A DNA stretch of 44,860 nucleotides from a virus. Its lineage: Duplodnaviria > Caudoviricetes. Both the position numbers and the translations under genes were made by a program. The notes under the pieces are model-generated. The model was not told the origin of the DNA. It did not search any database and saw only the letters and a list, made by a program, of their open reading frames with translations. The stretch's first letter is position 1. The number at the start of each line of letters is the position of its first letter. The stretch is from the IMG/VR virus record IMGVR_UViG_3300044210_000052, positions 1-44,860 of that record; one strand, 5' to 3'. Shown here piece by piece: positions 29,186 to 38,333 of the stretch.

Positions 29186-30385
29186 CTATTCTTCATCGGA
29201 AGCCTCGGACGACCGTATTTTATGATGATATTGTGTCTTGGCAATTCCAAAGCGCTTAAGATATTCCTCGGCCTCGGCCTTGTTGCCAAGAATTCGCGAA
29301 CCTCCCTCTGGTGCAGGACTCTGGGCCGATAACAGCTGGAAGCGCTGGCGATCCAAATCTTTGACTCGGGCTACCATTTTTGCCTGTTGTGCTGCCACAA
29401 CTCGGTCGTGAAAATCCATTTCACCGTTAAGTGCGGCTTGCAACTCTGCGGCTAAATCTTCGGCACTTTCAGCCTTAAACTTCTTAACAACTTTGGCCGT
29501 CCGCCCTCCAGGTAGTTGGACTACGGATTCAAGCTCCTTACTGCTAGGCACACGGTTAAGATATTCATAGAGAACCTTCATCTTGAGTTCTTCACGCTCA
29601 GTGCGCTCACGCTCAAGTCGTGATCGATCTCGTTCATCAATAGATCGGACACCCTTCCCAGCAAAGCATGAACCTATGAACTTCGCGTTTGTCCAGTTCC
29701 TCTCTATTTCCTCACGCTGATCAATAATATGGTTCAGCGCAATCCATATCTGTTGACATGCATTCATTCCCAGCTCTTCAGTACCTGGGATTCCAGTATT
29801 CAGCGGAGAGTGCACTGAAGACCCACGTACATGCATCCATCTGAACCGTGATCGATTCTCATAGGCATAAGCCTCAACTAATGGATGTAGCCTAGCTGCC
29901 CGTTCATTAAGTGCAGACAGATGCTCCACAATTTTATCCTGTACCGGAGCAGAAAGACGTGATATCACCTTGACAAGTCGACGAATATGCCGCGGCCGCT
30001 GAAATACTGCATTCTCTCCTTGCACAGCGAATACGCTATATGCAATAAAATAATTTCGAAAAGAAGCACGAGCATCCGGCACTAACATACGATCGGGACG
30101 CAGTAATTCAATTAATCTAAGCTCATACTGATTGAGGGTCTTGAATGTAAAGTACTGGTTGCTAACTGGTGCAGTCGCAGTGAGAAATCCCATGAAAAGA
30201 TAGGCTTCAAGTTCTTGCCAAACCTCGTCTGATGGCTTTTTATAAGCTGTTGGGACGCTAATCTCAATTCGACCTCGCGGGACAGAGGCCGTCGACGGCT
30301 TTTGTGGTGCCTTCATTGTCAGTCCTATCTTTTCAATAGACTTCACAATAAGTTGGCTGCTCATTACCACAACAATGTGATTCAC
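29186..30385 (-). CDS. Probable tail assembly chaperone (second of a pair)
   Basis: Lies immediately before the TMP; FTFKTLNQYELRLI...FIAYSVFAVQG...VISRLSAPVQDKIVEHLSAL; likely start ATG 30316 after AGGA. Confidence 0.55.
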   Translation of the reverse strand: MNHIVVVMSSQLIVKSIEKIGLTMKAPQKPSTASVPRGRIEISVPTAYKKPSDEVWQELEAYLFMGFLTATAPVSNQYFTFKTLNQYELRLIELLRPDRMLVPDARASFRNYFIAYSVFAVQGENAVFQRPRHIRRLVKVISRLSAPVQDKIVEHLSALNERAARLHPLVEAYAYENRSRFRWMHVRGSSVHSPLNTGIPGTEELGMNACQQIWIALNHIIDQREEIERNWTNAKFIGSCFAGKGVRSIDERDRSRLERERTEREELKMKVLYEYLNRVPSSKELESVVQLPGGRTAKVVKKFKAESAEDLAAELQAALNGEMDFHDRVVAAQQAKMVARVKDLDRQRFQLLSAQSPAPEGGSRILGNKAEAEEYLKRFGIAKTQYHHKIRSSEASDEE

Positions 30386-30403
30386 GAGCAGCCAGATTTA
30401 GCA

Positions 30404-31369
30404 CTAACGCGGCGGCCTAACAAACCTTGGGTTTATAGCTTGCGCTGGTAATTTATCAACAACAATAGGTTTCGGTGATGAAACAGCTGCTCGAGGCTCT
30501 ATCACATCATCACTAGCAAACACAGCATACCCATTGCCAGACCTTACGGGTAAGCCATCCGGAGCCCCGATGTCTTCATCAGTTATGCACCGGACTCTTG
30601 GTTCCGGATGCACAGAAAGGGGATCAAGACGTGCTTGGGGTCCAGAGGTTATTGCAACAGGGACATGAGGTTGACGACGCACAGGAGGTACTTCCGAAGC
30701 ACTACGTGGAACAATAAGCGGTGGCGGGGCCTCTGCCACGTTCTCTTCAACAATCCGGAATGGATTGAAATCCTCGTTTGAAGACGGCTCCGATTCTTCA
30801 GAAGGTTTAACCTCGGTCTCAGTCTCAGTCTCAGTCTCGGCCCCGGATGCTTCTACGAGAGGAGGCTTGCCTAGTGCTTGCCTAAGTTCAGCCACTCTTG
30901 CTTCTAACTCAAGCAATTCAAGCTCAGGATCCTTAGCATTCTCGAACTTAACATCTTTCAGGTTTTGCTTCTGTTGTGATTCCTCCAGATCTCCAAATAC
31001 AGAGAACACGTCATCCACGAGCTGACCACTCCAGGTTGCAAGCTTCTCATATATGAACTTATCAAGCGACACCTTTAGTGTCTTTCCGTCCCTTTGCTTC
31101 ACGGGGATTACAGGCCCTGCATCCCTCAGACTCGTGAAATCCAGTCCGTCAAGACCCACGATAGCGTAGGACAGTCCAATTCGCTTTGACTCTAATACGA
31201 CATTCGTCCCGAGCTCTCGGGTCCCCATAGCTTCATTTATTTTGTACTGGCCAGGAAGCGGTGGGGAACAAAGCCATATTTCATGACCGCCGATATTTCT
31301 TTTCCAGACCTCATCACGGCCAACGTTTGTAAACACTGCCTCTAATTGATCGTAAAACTCCTGATCCAT
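30404..31369 (-). CDS. Probable tail assembly chaperone with acidic/Pro-rich disordered C-terminus
   Basis: Lies between tube and TMP; LSYAIVGLDG...KLATWSGQLVDDVFSVFGDL resembles the N-domain of the next gene; ETETETE run encoded by (gtctca)n. Confidence 0.55.
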   Translation of the reverse strand: MDQEFYDQLEAVFTNVGRDEVWKRNIGGHEIWLCSPPLPGQYKINEAMGTRELGTNVVLESKRIGLSYAIVGLDGLDFTSLRDAGPVIPVKQRDGKTLKVSLDKFIYEKLATWSGQLVDDVFSVFGDLEESQQKQNLKDVKFENAKDPELELLELEARVAELRQALGKPPLVEASGAETETETETEVKPSEESEPSSNEDFNPFRIVEENVAEAPPPLIVPRSASEVPPVRRQPHVPVAITSGPQARLDPLSVHPEPRVRCITDEDIGAPDGLPVRSGNGYAVFASDDVIEPRAAVSSPKPIVVDKLPAQAINPRFVRPPR

Positions 31370-31373
31370 GCAA

Positions 31374-31945
31374 TTACGATACCATGCTAGTCACATGGGT
31401 TAATTGCTGGGTCCAAATCCATCTACTCTTGCCAAGATCCCAGATTCTCTGGTATCCCTGAGCACTTCTGAGCTCTCTCTCTGTAATTCCCGAGTTGCGC
31501 TCCGGACCTCGTTTTCGAAGGCCCGACTTATGGAACCGCTGTTGCCCACGCACCCAGTAATAGTCTGGAGTGACAATACATGACACCGGCCACACGAAGT
31601 AGACTGACCTGATGTCACATTAAGCACACTTGCATGTGATATTAAACCACAATCACATAACCATTCCACTCGTTGGCGAGTACCACGGAACATCTCCCGT
31701 GGCTCCTTCATACGAAGGCTTCCGAATTTCATTCCAGCCCAATACTCAGCTGGCATAACACCACATCTACCACAGGAAGATGTGTTACCTGAGACTACAC
31801 GAGCAATAGATGCACTAGTCACCTTGCCGCAATCATATAGCCATTCCACCTGCCAATGGGAGCCTGAAGTTGCAGCCTGCGGTTCTTTCATCCGCAGTTT
31901 GCCATATTTAACAGAGGTTAAATGCTCTTCGTCTACCGGCCTAAC
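31374..31945 (-). pseudogene. Internally deleted remnant of the Zn-ribbon nuclease family (copy 5)
   Basis: Two Zn-ribbon repeats (first mutated to WLYDCG) joined out of frame near 31570-31580 to the family C-terminus PDYYWVRGQQRFHKSGLRK...QRIWDLGKSRW; the nuclease and most of the GNAT-like domain are missing. Confidence 0.85.
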
Positions 31946-31947
31946 GG

Positions 31948-32643
31948 CTAAGCCCCGAAAAGCCCTCGGAAAATATCAGATCCAGAACCAGGCTTCAAAA
32001 TTGGATTGTTTCCCGAGTCTAACAGGTCTCCATACGCATCCGGACTGTCACCATAGACATGCACCCCATCCGTTACATCTGTCGCGGTCACGGAACAGTC
32101 CTCGAGGACTATTGCTGAATCACCAGGAAACGAAACCGAGTAGCTATTGATCCAACATCCCTCAAAATACGTGATTAATGCATAGTTTCCACTGAGATCG
32201 GATGCAAGAAGAGGTCCACCAGGCACTGCCCATGTGCCACGGTCAGATGTTGCGAGCTCTGAGAATACAAGCTCGGACTTAATATCAAATGGCCATTTAT
32301 GCTGTCTAAGTGACCGCACTAGACCATCAATTCCACCACGATAGCCGAGCTCCTGAATAATCCCTGCTGTATACATTAATGTACGATTCAGGGTGAGGCC
32401 CATTGGTTCCGTGACGCCCGGAACTAACTCCACGACTCTATCACCAAATCCCACACCACGAACTGGATCTACAGGACGAGTTTCAGTATAATCAAACGTT
32501 GCAAGAACCCCAACCTGCTTCTGCGTTGGGGCACCAGTTGTATAGGGCTTAGAAAAAACTCGGTTTTTCTGCGAAATCGCCACACGAGTATTTGGTGAAG
32601 AACCCTTACGGTAAATCTGCGGAGCGTCAGCATTCCTGGACAT
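31948..32643 (-). CDS. Major tail tube protein
   Basis: 231 aa; QVGVLATFDYTETRPVDPVRGVGFGDRVVELVPG...LTLNRT...PFDI...YFEGCWINSYSVSF...IVLEDCSV fits contractile tube proteins; precedes chaperones and TMP; GAGG RBS. Confidence 0.8.
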   Translation of the reverse strand: MSRNADAPQIYRKGSSPNTRVAISQKNRVFSKPYTTGAPTQKQVGVLATFDYTETRPVDPVRGVGFGDRVVELVPGVTEPMGLTLNRTLMYTAGIIQELGYRGGIDGLVRSLRQHKWPFDIKSELVFSELATSDRGTWAVPGGPLLASDLSGNYALITYFEGCWINSYSVSFPGDSAIVLEDCSVTATDVTDGVHVYGDSPDAYGDLLDSGNNPILKPGSGSDIFRGLFGA

Positions 32644-32712
32644 ATGGCAACCTCATAGTGAAGAAGGTATAAACAGTTCAGGACTTCTGTAAAGTTCTTT
32701 GGAGACAACGTC

Positions 32713-34782
32713 GTGGAACAGTCCATAACTCCTATGGCCGACCAAGAGCTTCCAAAGACCAAATATTCAAAGCAGTATATTAGGTTCAAGTGCCACTGTG
32801 GGAATGTTTTCACCACTATGTGGACCAACTTTGCCAGTGGTAATACTAAATCTTGTGGCCAATGCAAGCTCTTTCTTTGGAAACAGTCCGGACAAACCAA
32901 ATTTCACTATCTAGAATTACAGACATTATTCCATCAAATTAATAAACTTACCCATAAAGCAAAATGGTTATGTGACTGCGGCCAAACAGTAATTACGACT
33001 CCATCTCAGGTCTTGTCTGGTATAACCAAAAGTTGTGGGTATATTCGGTATCAAGCAATTAACCATGGAACCAAGTCGGCTAAAAAGCATGAACCATGCC
33101 CAAAAGAATCATGGTTATCTTCAATACCAGAGCTCGTGGACAATAGTCTTCCACCAAAATGGAGTGCCGGAAGCAGCAGATCCTTTACATTTCGATGCCA
33201 ATGTGGAAGAACCTTCAAAAGAAAGTTCTGCAAATGGCATAGCGGGGCTACCTGTGGCAACTGCACCGAAATTTGTTTATCTGAGGGCAGTCAAGCAGGT
33301 AATTTCATATATAACGGAGATCCATGCAAAGTAAACCAAAACTCTGATCAGCAGCTCCCTTTCAAATGCCAGTGCGGTACCACAGCTATATTGAAAGCTC
33401 GCGATGTTTTTATAGGCCTACGCAAAACCTGCGGACAATGCAACATAATCCGCGTAGAAGAATTACAGAACCGCAACTTTGGTAAGCTACGCATGAAGGA
33501 TCCACATAATATTAAAAGAAGTTCTGGTCAAAAGGTGGAGTGGACATGCAGTTGCGGGAACAATGCCCTGATCAGCTTTTGGTCAGTATATTCAGGCCGC
33601 ACCGGAAGTTGCGGTCATTGCAAGGGGGCTATAGATGAATGGTGGTCTGCAAACCAAAGAAGTCTGAAGAGCCTAATATGCCCAATTCTTAAGAACGAAC
33701 CATTGTTGAGTGCGCTTCGCCCATTAGACGATATTATTAGTCCGCGTACACCATTCCGAACTATCTGTCCAGCTTGCAAGATGATTCATTGGACTACGCT
33801 GGATTCAATAAAACGTGGTGAATGCCTTACATGTGGATGCACAGCAACACATATCTCTCGAGCTCAGCGCGATATTTATTGTTATTTACTTTCCCTTGGC
33901 GTCAAGGTAGAAATGGAATATGTAATCAATGGCCTTAGATATGATATCGCAATACCAGATCTAATGATCCTCATTGAATATCATGGACTAAAATGGCATT
34001 CAGTTCCTGAGGCAAAGCGACGGGATCTGGCAAAATACCGCAATGCAACAAATCATAAGTATGATCTTATTTGCATCTTTGAAGATGAATGGCGGGATCG
34101 GCAATTTGCCGTAAAAGCACTCTTAGCCAATAAAGTCCAGGCATCAATACCGGTAATGAGTGTAAGGCCGAATAGATGTAATATTCGCCATTTACGACCA
34201 GACGAAGCCAATTGCTTCTACGACCAGCACCATTATATCGGTGCGTGCCACTCTGGGATAAATTATGGAGTCATGCTCGGAGAACGCATCGTGGCGTGCG
34301 CTACATTCAGACCGCCAAACCGCCAAAGCCGATACGACTATGAGCTCGTGCGCATGACATCAATATCTAACATCCGAGTGCACGGGATATGGAGCAAAAT
34401 CCTAGCCCAATTTATCCATGAATTCCGTCCGAAATCAATTGTATCATTTTCAGACAACCGACTCTTTTCCGGAGGAGTATATAAAAAGATCGGATTTCGA
34501 TTTGACGGAAATGTGCCACCGGATTATTATTGGACCAAGCACAGAAAACGCTTTAATAAATCCGGATTGCGCAAACCACCTGGTGAACTTAGGACAGAAA
34601 CCGAACTCCGCACTTCCCAGGGATATGCCAAAATGTGGGATTTAGGTAAAAAGCGCTGGGTGCTGGACCTAGAATCTGATAAAGTCAAAATCGCAACTTC
34701 AAGCGTCAATCAACAAGAAAAGACAGCACTTTCCGTAGATCGCGACTTACAAGAGTCGCTTGCGGACAGTCACTGTTGTTGA
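32713..34782 (+). CDS. Zn-ribbon-repeat / Vsr-DUF559-like endonuclease / Mom-GNAT-like protein, copy 6 (5 diverged repeats), antisense
   Basis: 689 aa; GGAG before GTG; YDIAIP...ILIEYHGLKWHS...FEDEW; YELVRMTS...IVSFSDNR...PPDYYW...MWDLGKKRW. Confidence 0.9.
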   Translation: MEQSITPMADQELPKTKYSKQYIRFKCHCGNVFTTMWTNFASGNTKSCGQCKLFLWKQSGQTKFHYLELQTLFHQINKLTHKAKWLCDCGQTVITTPSQVLSGITKSCGYIRYQAINHGTKSAKKHEPCPKESWLSSIPELVDNSLPPKWSAGSSRSFTFRCQCGRTFKRKFCKWHSGATCGNCTEICLSEGSQAGNFIYNGDPCKVNQNSDQQLPFKCQCGTTAILKARDVFIGLRKTCGQCNIIRVEELQNRNFGKLRMKDPHNIKRSSGQKVEWTCSCGNNALISFWSVYSGRTGSCGHCKGAIDEWWSANQRSLKSLICPILKNEPLLSALRPLDDIISPRTPFRTICPACKMIHWTTLDSIKRGECLTCGCTATHISRAQRDIYCYLLSLGVKVEMEYVINGLRYDIAIPDLMILIEYHGLKWHSVPEAKRRDLAKYRNATNHKYDLICIFEDEWRDRQFAVKALLANKVQASIPVMSVRPNRCNIRHLRPDEANCFYDQHHYIGACHSGINYGVMLGERIVACATFRPPNRQSRYDYELVRMTSISNIRVHGIWSKILAQFIHEFRPKSIVSFSDNRLFSGGVYKKIGFRFDGNVPPDYYWTKHRKRFNKSGLRKPPGELRTETELRTSQGYAKMWDLGKKRWVLDLESDKVKIATSSVNQQEKTALSVDRDLQESLADSHCC

Positions 34783-35821
34783 TTTTATTTGCAATCTTGA
34801 TCAGCTCAGCAGCCACTTGCTTCGGTCCAGCCTGACCTTGCTTTTCTACAAAGTCAGTATCTCTTTCCACGAGGTAATCAATGTCTCTTGCTGGATCAAC
34901 ACGTGTGAACTCCGAAAAATAAGTTGCCGGAGCATCACCAGCAGAACCATTCTGGATTTTTGTCATAGCCTGCACAATCGCCGGCTCATCGGATTGAAAA
35001 GCCAACATGGTGATGTAGTCATCCGAATCCTCAATATCTTCAGCACCTGCCGCTCGGAGCTGCCGATTTGCCTCTGCGAATGCTTCAGCATTCGCTCCTC
35101 CTATATCCAAGGAATAAACCCAATCCGGATCATATGCCTGCTCAGAGGCCTCATAGCGAATGAGGACTTTTTGCTTTGCAGCTCTACGGACCGAAGCCTC
35201 TTTGATAGCACTATTTCCGACCGGAATAAATTCTTGAAGAGCCTTCATGATGGTTTCATCAAACCGTTGCTTCGCAGCCCGAACTTCATCAAGGTATTGC
35301 TCAAATACAGTCTGCAGCTGCTGAGCCTCATATGAATCGACGCGTGGATGCTTAGCCTTAGGCACCCCATGAACAGTCTTTTCCAGGTCTCCAACCGCCG
35401 CCTTATGCGCTTCATCGAGCTCAGGTAGCCATTTTTGTACCTGTCCGACGTATTCTTTGGCTGCTTTGTCCCAGCCTGCCATTTCGTCAGCCTCTAGTTT
35501 CTTCTGAAACTGAGTTACACGATCCTGCTCTGCCCGAAGATATTTGGCCGCGACACGTTGAGCAATAGGAGAAAGTGTTTCAGTGTAATCAGTGGAATGC
35601 TGGACTATAGAAGACATAATTGATGTTCCTGTGTTTTTCTGTGCCCAAGATTCAAGCTGAGGAGTATCAAACACTGTACACCTGTATCCATTGATGGTCA
35701 AATAACCCGAAAATTTGGCTGATTTCAGCACATCTGGCGGAATCGGCCTTGCTTTCCAAGTCCCATCTGCCTCAAGATGGAATCCAGTCCCAGGGGTCAG
35801 CTTAACATCCTCTGATGCCAT
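34706..35821 (-). CDS. Hypothetical acidic helical protein (possible virion-internal protein)
   Basis: 371-aa ORF with short basic helical motifs IAQRVAAKYL, ASVRRAAK and VAAELIKIANKI. Confidence 0.65.
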   Translation of the reverse strand: MASEDVKLTPGTGFHLEADGTWKARPIPPDVLKSAKFSGYLTINGYRCTVFDTPQLESWAQKNTGTSIMSSIVQHSTDYTETLSPIAQRVAAKYLRAEQDRVTQFQKKLEADEMAGWDKAAKEYVGQVQKWLPELDEAHKAAVGDLEKTVHGVPKAKHPRVDSYEAQQLQTVFEQYLDEVRAAKQRFDETIMKALQEFIPVGNSAIKEASVRRAAKQKVLIRYEASEQAYDPDWVYSLDIGGANAEAFAEANRQLRAAGAEDIEDSDDYITMLAFQSDEPAIVQAMTKIQNGSAGDAPATYFSEFTRVDPARDIDYLVERDTDFVEKQGQAGPKQVAAELIKIANKINNSDCPQATLVSRDLRKVLSFLVD

Positions 35822-35831
35822 CAGCTATTAC

Positions 35832-36335
35832 CTATTTGCTGTGGTGACCCTTCCCACGAGCTTCAAACATATATGTATGATTTGCTGACTGGTCGCCGTA
35901 CAGGGCGTGGACGGCCTTCTCAATCTGATCGAGCGGCTTGTCTAAATCTGCCACAGTATCAACTTCAGCAAAAATCCCAGCAACCTTCTTTACACACGCA
36001 GCAAGACGTGGACGAAGCGATGCATATTGTGGGCGCTCTGCAACCTGTGCGGCACGTCGAAGGCCGCCAAGAATTGCTACAACGCGTTGATAGTTTCTGG
36101 CCGCCGGTTCAGCTGCAGCACGAAGCTTATCAACCTGATTTTTCAGACATCCGATGTCACATTCCATCGATTGCTGCGAGATAGAATTTTTCTCTACGCT
36201 GCGAGACTGTTCACCAAGTAGATCAACCTGGGCTTCGATTACTTGGACCGTACGAGCCACAGCTTCGTCTTGGGGGTCCATTTGTGCCAGCTTCTTGATA
36301 CCGGCGGTGATTATGCGAAGAGCTTGCTGATTCAT
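35832..36335 (-). CDS. Hypothetical coiled-coil protein
   Basis: 167-aa Ala/Gln-rich helical ORF with an AGAGGA RBS. Confidence 0.7.
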   Translation of the reverse strand: MNQQALRIITAGIKKLAQMDPQDEAVARTVQVIEAQVDLLGEQSRSVEKNSISQQSMECDIGCLKNQVDKLRAAAEPAARNYQRVVAILGGLRRAAQVAERPQYASLRPRLAACVKKVAGIFAEVDTVADLDKPLDQIEKAVHALYGDQSANHTYMFEARGKGHHSK

Positions 36336-36380
36336 GAGGGTCCTCTGTGAAAACTGGTATCAGGATTCTATCGCAATAAC

Positions 36381-37883
36381 CTAGGACTTCACTATCTTAG
36401 GATCCTTCTTAAAAGATCCGCAATGAGAGCCCTCGGCCTCGAATATATGATGTCTCTTAGCCCGCTTACCGATCATATAATTCTGCATTACTTGCTGGGC
36501 TGCATCTATTACATCATCTGCGCTGAAGACTACAGTTTCATTGACTACTGGTGCACCCCGTGCCACAGCTCGAATGACCACACTCTTCGCCAGGCTTCGC
36601 ACATAATCGCCAGTCAGCCCATCTGTCATTTCAATGACATTCTTGATTGTGTCTTTCGAGACTGTGACGTCGTGCTTGGCATGATATGTGGTAAGGAATT
36701 TGTTAAGCATCGCAAAACGGTCTGCTTCATCAGGTAGTGGTACTTCAATCTTAATCTCAAACCGCCCCGGACGATTGACTAGCGCCTCGTCCATAGAAAC
36801 CACGTCATTCGTCGATGCCATAATAACAACACCGGCGTTTTCTTGAGCTCCGTCAAGACACGCCAAAAATTCATTGAGCACCCGAGATTCTCGCGATGCA
36901 GTCCGCTCCCCGCCAAATAAGTCCATATCCTCAATAAATACAATACATGGCGCCATGGCGCGTGCTGCAGCAAAGAGTTGAGTTACATGCTCGGCATGTC
37001 CAATAGACTTCCCCGTACACCAGATTCGCGTTATACGCCCTTCCACATCACAGGAAACTGCACGGAAAGTCATCGTCTTAGCCATGCCGGGTGGTGAAAT
37101 CATCAGTAAATTCCGATTGGGGCACATTCCAAGCCCACTAAGTACCTCCGTATTATCTAGAATCCCAATCGTATTTTGCTGGATTCGTACCTTCAAATCG
37201 GGTTTCATCACGATATCATCCCACAAAGTGGGAGTTACCGCGGCAAAGTCAAGCTTACCCCGATCGTATGACAAACACTTGCGATAGTATATATCATTCG
37301 CCTCAATTGATGCGTCCATCGCCCGCAGGAACTGCTCTGCCTCAATTGCATGCTCTGGTGCCGTCATCACCGTTATGGTGCAACGACTGCTATCATAGCA
37401 TAAATCAAGCGTAATGAACATACAAATGTTGGTGCCACGGCTCTGCACGAAAAAATTACCAAATACTGGTAACCTAATCTGCTTACCGAGTTCGATCGGG
37501 ATAATCTCAGACTGAATCCGGTACTGATGACTCCCCTTGATCATATCCCGAAATTCATAAACATCTAGATACGGAATGATTTCATATTCCGCTGTCTGAC
37601 CCTCGAAAAGACACCAGAACGCATATGCATTGAGTGCACGCGCCCAAGTCGGATAGGTCCGGTTCAGGCTCACGCATCTATATAGCGCACATCCAAGCCA
37701 AGTCTCACAAACATGAGCATGTGGATCAGCCGGACACCACGGCATAGGGTCGATTCGGTTACGTTCATCAGTCTTCTGCCACCAGGCATCGAGGCCATAG
37801 TTGATAACAGAAGCCACGAGCGAACTGATCCCATATTCTTTTTCTGGAAGACGCGGCAAATAGGATGCTAATTTAGAAATCAC
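36381..37883 (-). CDS. AAA+ ATPase (single classical AAA module, atypical Walker A)
   Basis: Walker A-like SPPGMAKT, Walker B IVFIEDMD, sensor/second region of homology IMASTND...MDEALVNRPGRFE, lid TDGLTGDYV. Confidence 0.85.
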   Translation of the reverse strand: MISKLASYLPRLPEKEYGISSLVASVINYGLDAWWQKTDERNRIDPMPWCPADPHAHVCETWLGCALYRCVSLNRTYPTWARALNAYAFWCLFEGQTAEYEIIPYLDVYEFRDMIKGSHQYRIQSEIIPIELGKQIRLPVFGNFFVQSRGTNICMFITLDLCYDSSRCTITVMTAPEHAIEAEQFLRAMDASIEANDIYYRKCLSYDRGKLDFAAVTPTLWDDIVMKPDLKVRIQQNTIGILDNTEVLSGLGMCPNRNLLMISPPGMAKTMTFRAVSCDVEGRITRIWCTGKSIGHAEHVTQLFAAARAMAPCIVFIEDMDLFGGERTASRESRVLNEFLACLDGAQENAGVVIMASTNDVVSMDEALVNRPGRFEIKIEVPLPDEADRFAMLNKFLTTYHAKHDVTVSKDTIKNVIEMTDGLTGDYVRSLAKSVVIRAVARGAPVVNETVVFSADDVIDAAQQVMQNYMIGKRAKRHHIFEAEGSHCGSFKKDPKIVKS

Positions 37884-37955
37884 GACTTACCTGAACAAAA
37901 CAAGTCGAAGAAAACTATATCGTATGATATTCATATCGGTCCAGTAAAAGGCATC

Positions 37956-37985
37956 ATATCAATTAGCTTGAAGACTAATTGATAT
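37956..37985. promoter_or_regulatory. Perfect 11-bp inverted repeat with 8-nt spacer (operator-like or hairpin)
   Basis: atatcaattag-cttgaaga-ctaattgatat in the AT-rich gap upstream of the ATPase gene. Confidence 0.45.
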
Positions 37986-37987
37986 AT

Positions 37988-38305
37988 TCAAAATGTTGTT
38001 TTACGTCGAATAACTGAGTCCATAAGAAGATTGCTAAACCCATCATCGGGTTCCGTAGCATCCTCCCATAAGCCTGGAAGCTCCAATTCATAAACACTGA
38101 AGTCCTCTGGATGCCAACCAACTTGAAGATGACCACTGGTAAGATATACTACTGCCTCGGTTGCCGTACGCCATACGGAACCACCACGGTATCCTTCAGG
38201 GAATTCATCACACAAGGGCTTCCTACCAAGCTTCTTGACCTTCGGCTCTTCGGCAAGAGCTTGATCATACGAGGAGGTTCGCCCAATGGTGTAGGCCAGT
38301 TCCAT
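37988..38305 (-). CDS. Small hypothetical phage protein
   Basis: 105-aa acidic ORF, co-oriented, fills the gap between the GIY-YIG and ATPase genes. Confidence 0.6.
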   Translation of the reverse strand: MELAYTIGRTSSYDQALAEEPKVKKLGRKPLCDEFPEGYRGGSVWRTATEAVVYLTSGHLQVGWHPEDFSVYELELPGLWEDATEPDDGFSNLLMDSVIRRKTTF

Positions 38306-38333
38306 CTTAGAACCCTACAGTTTAACCATTCTT

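Noticed and set aside
28478-30840. Short tandem repeats (ggcacc)n and (gtctca)n as phase-variation loci
   Set aside because: Hexamer units keep the frame and only encode GA and ET low-complexity linkers.
29186-31369. Programmed frameshift joining the two chaperone genes (lambda G/GT style)
   Set aside because: The frames do not overlap, I found no convincing slippery site at the end of the first gene, and the second has its own RBS and ATG at 30316.
13259-34782. Nuclease copies as IS elements, introns or inteins
   Set aside because: No transposase motif, terminal repeats or target duplications seen; the copies lie between genes, not within them, with no room for ribozyme structure and no intein splice motifs.
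2340-36385. Shared TTATT(G) motif upstream of several minus-strand genes (2330, 19699, 30316, 36335) as a late promoter
   Set aside because: Too short and inconsistently spaced to support without motif statistics.
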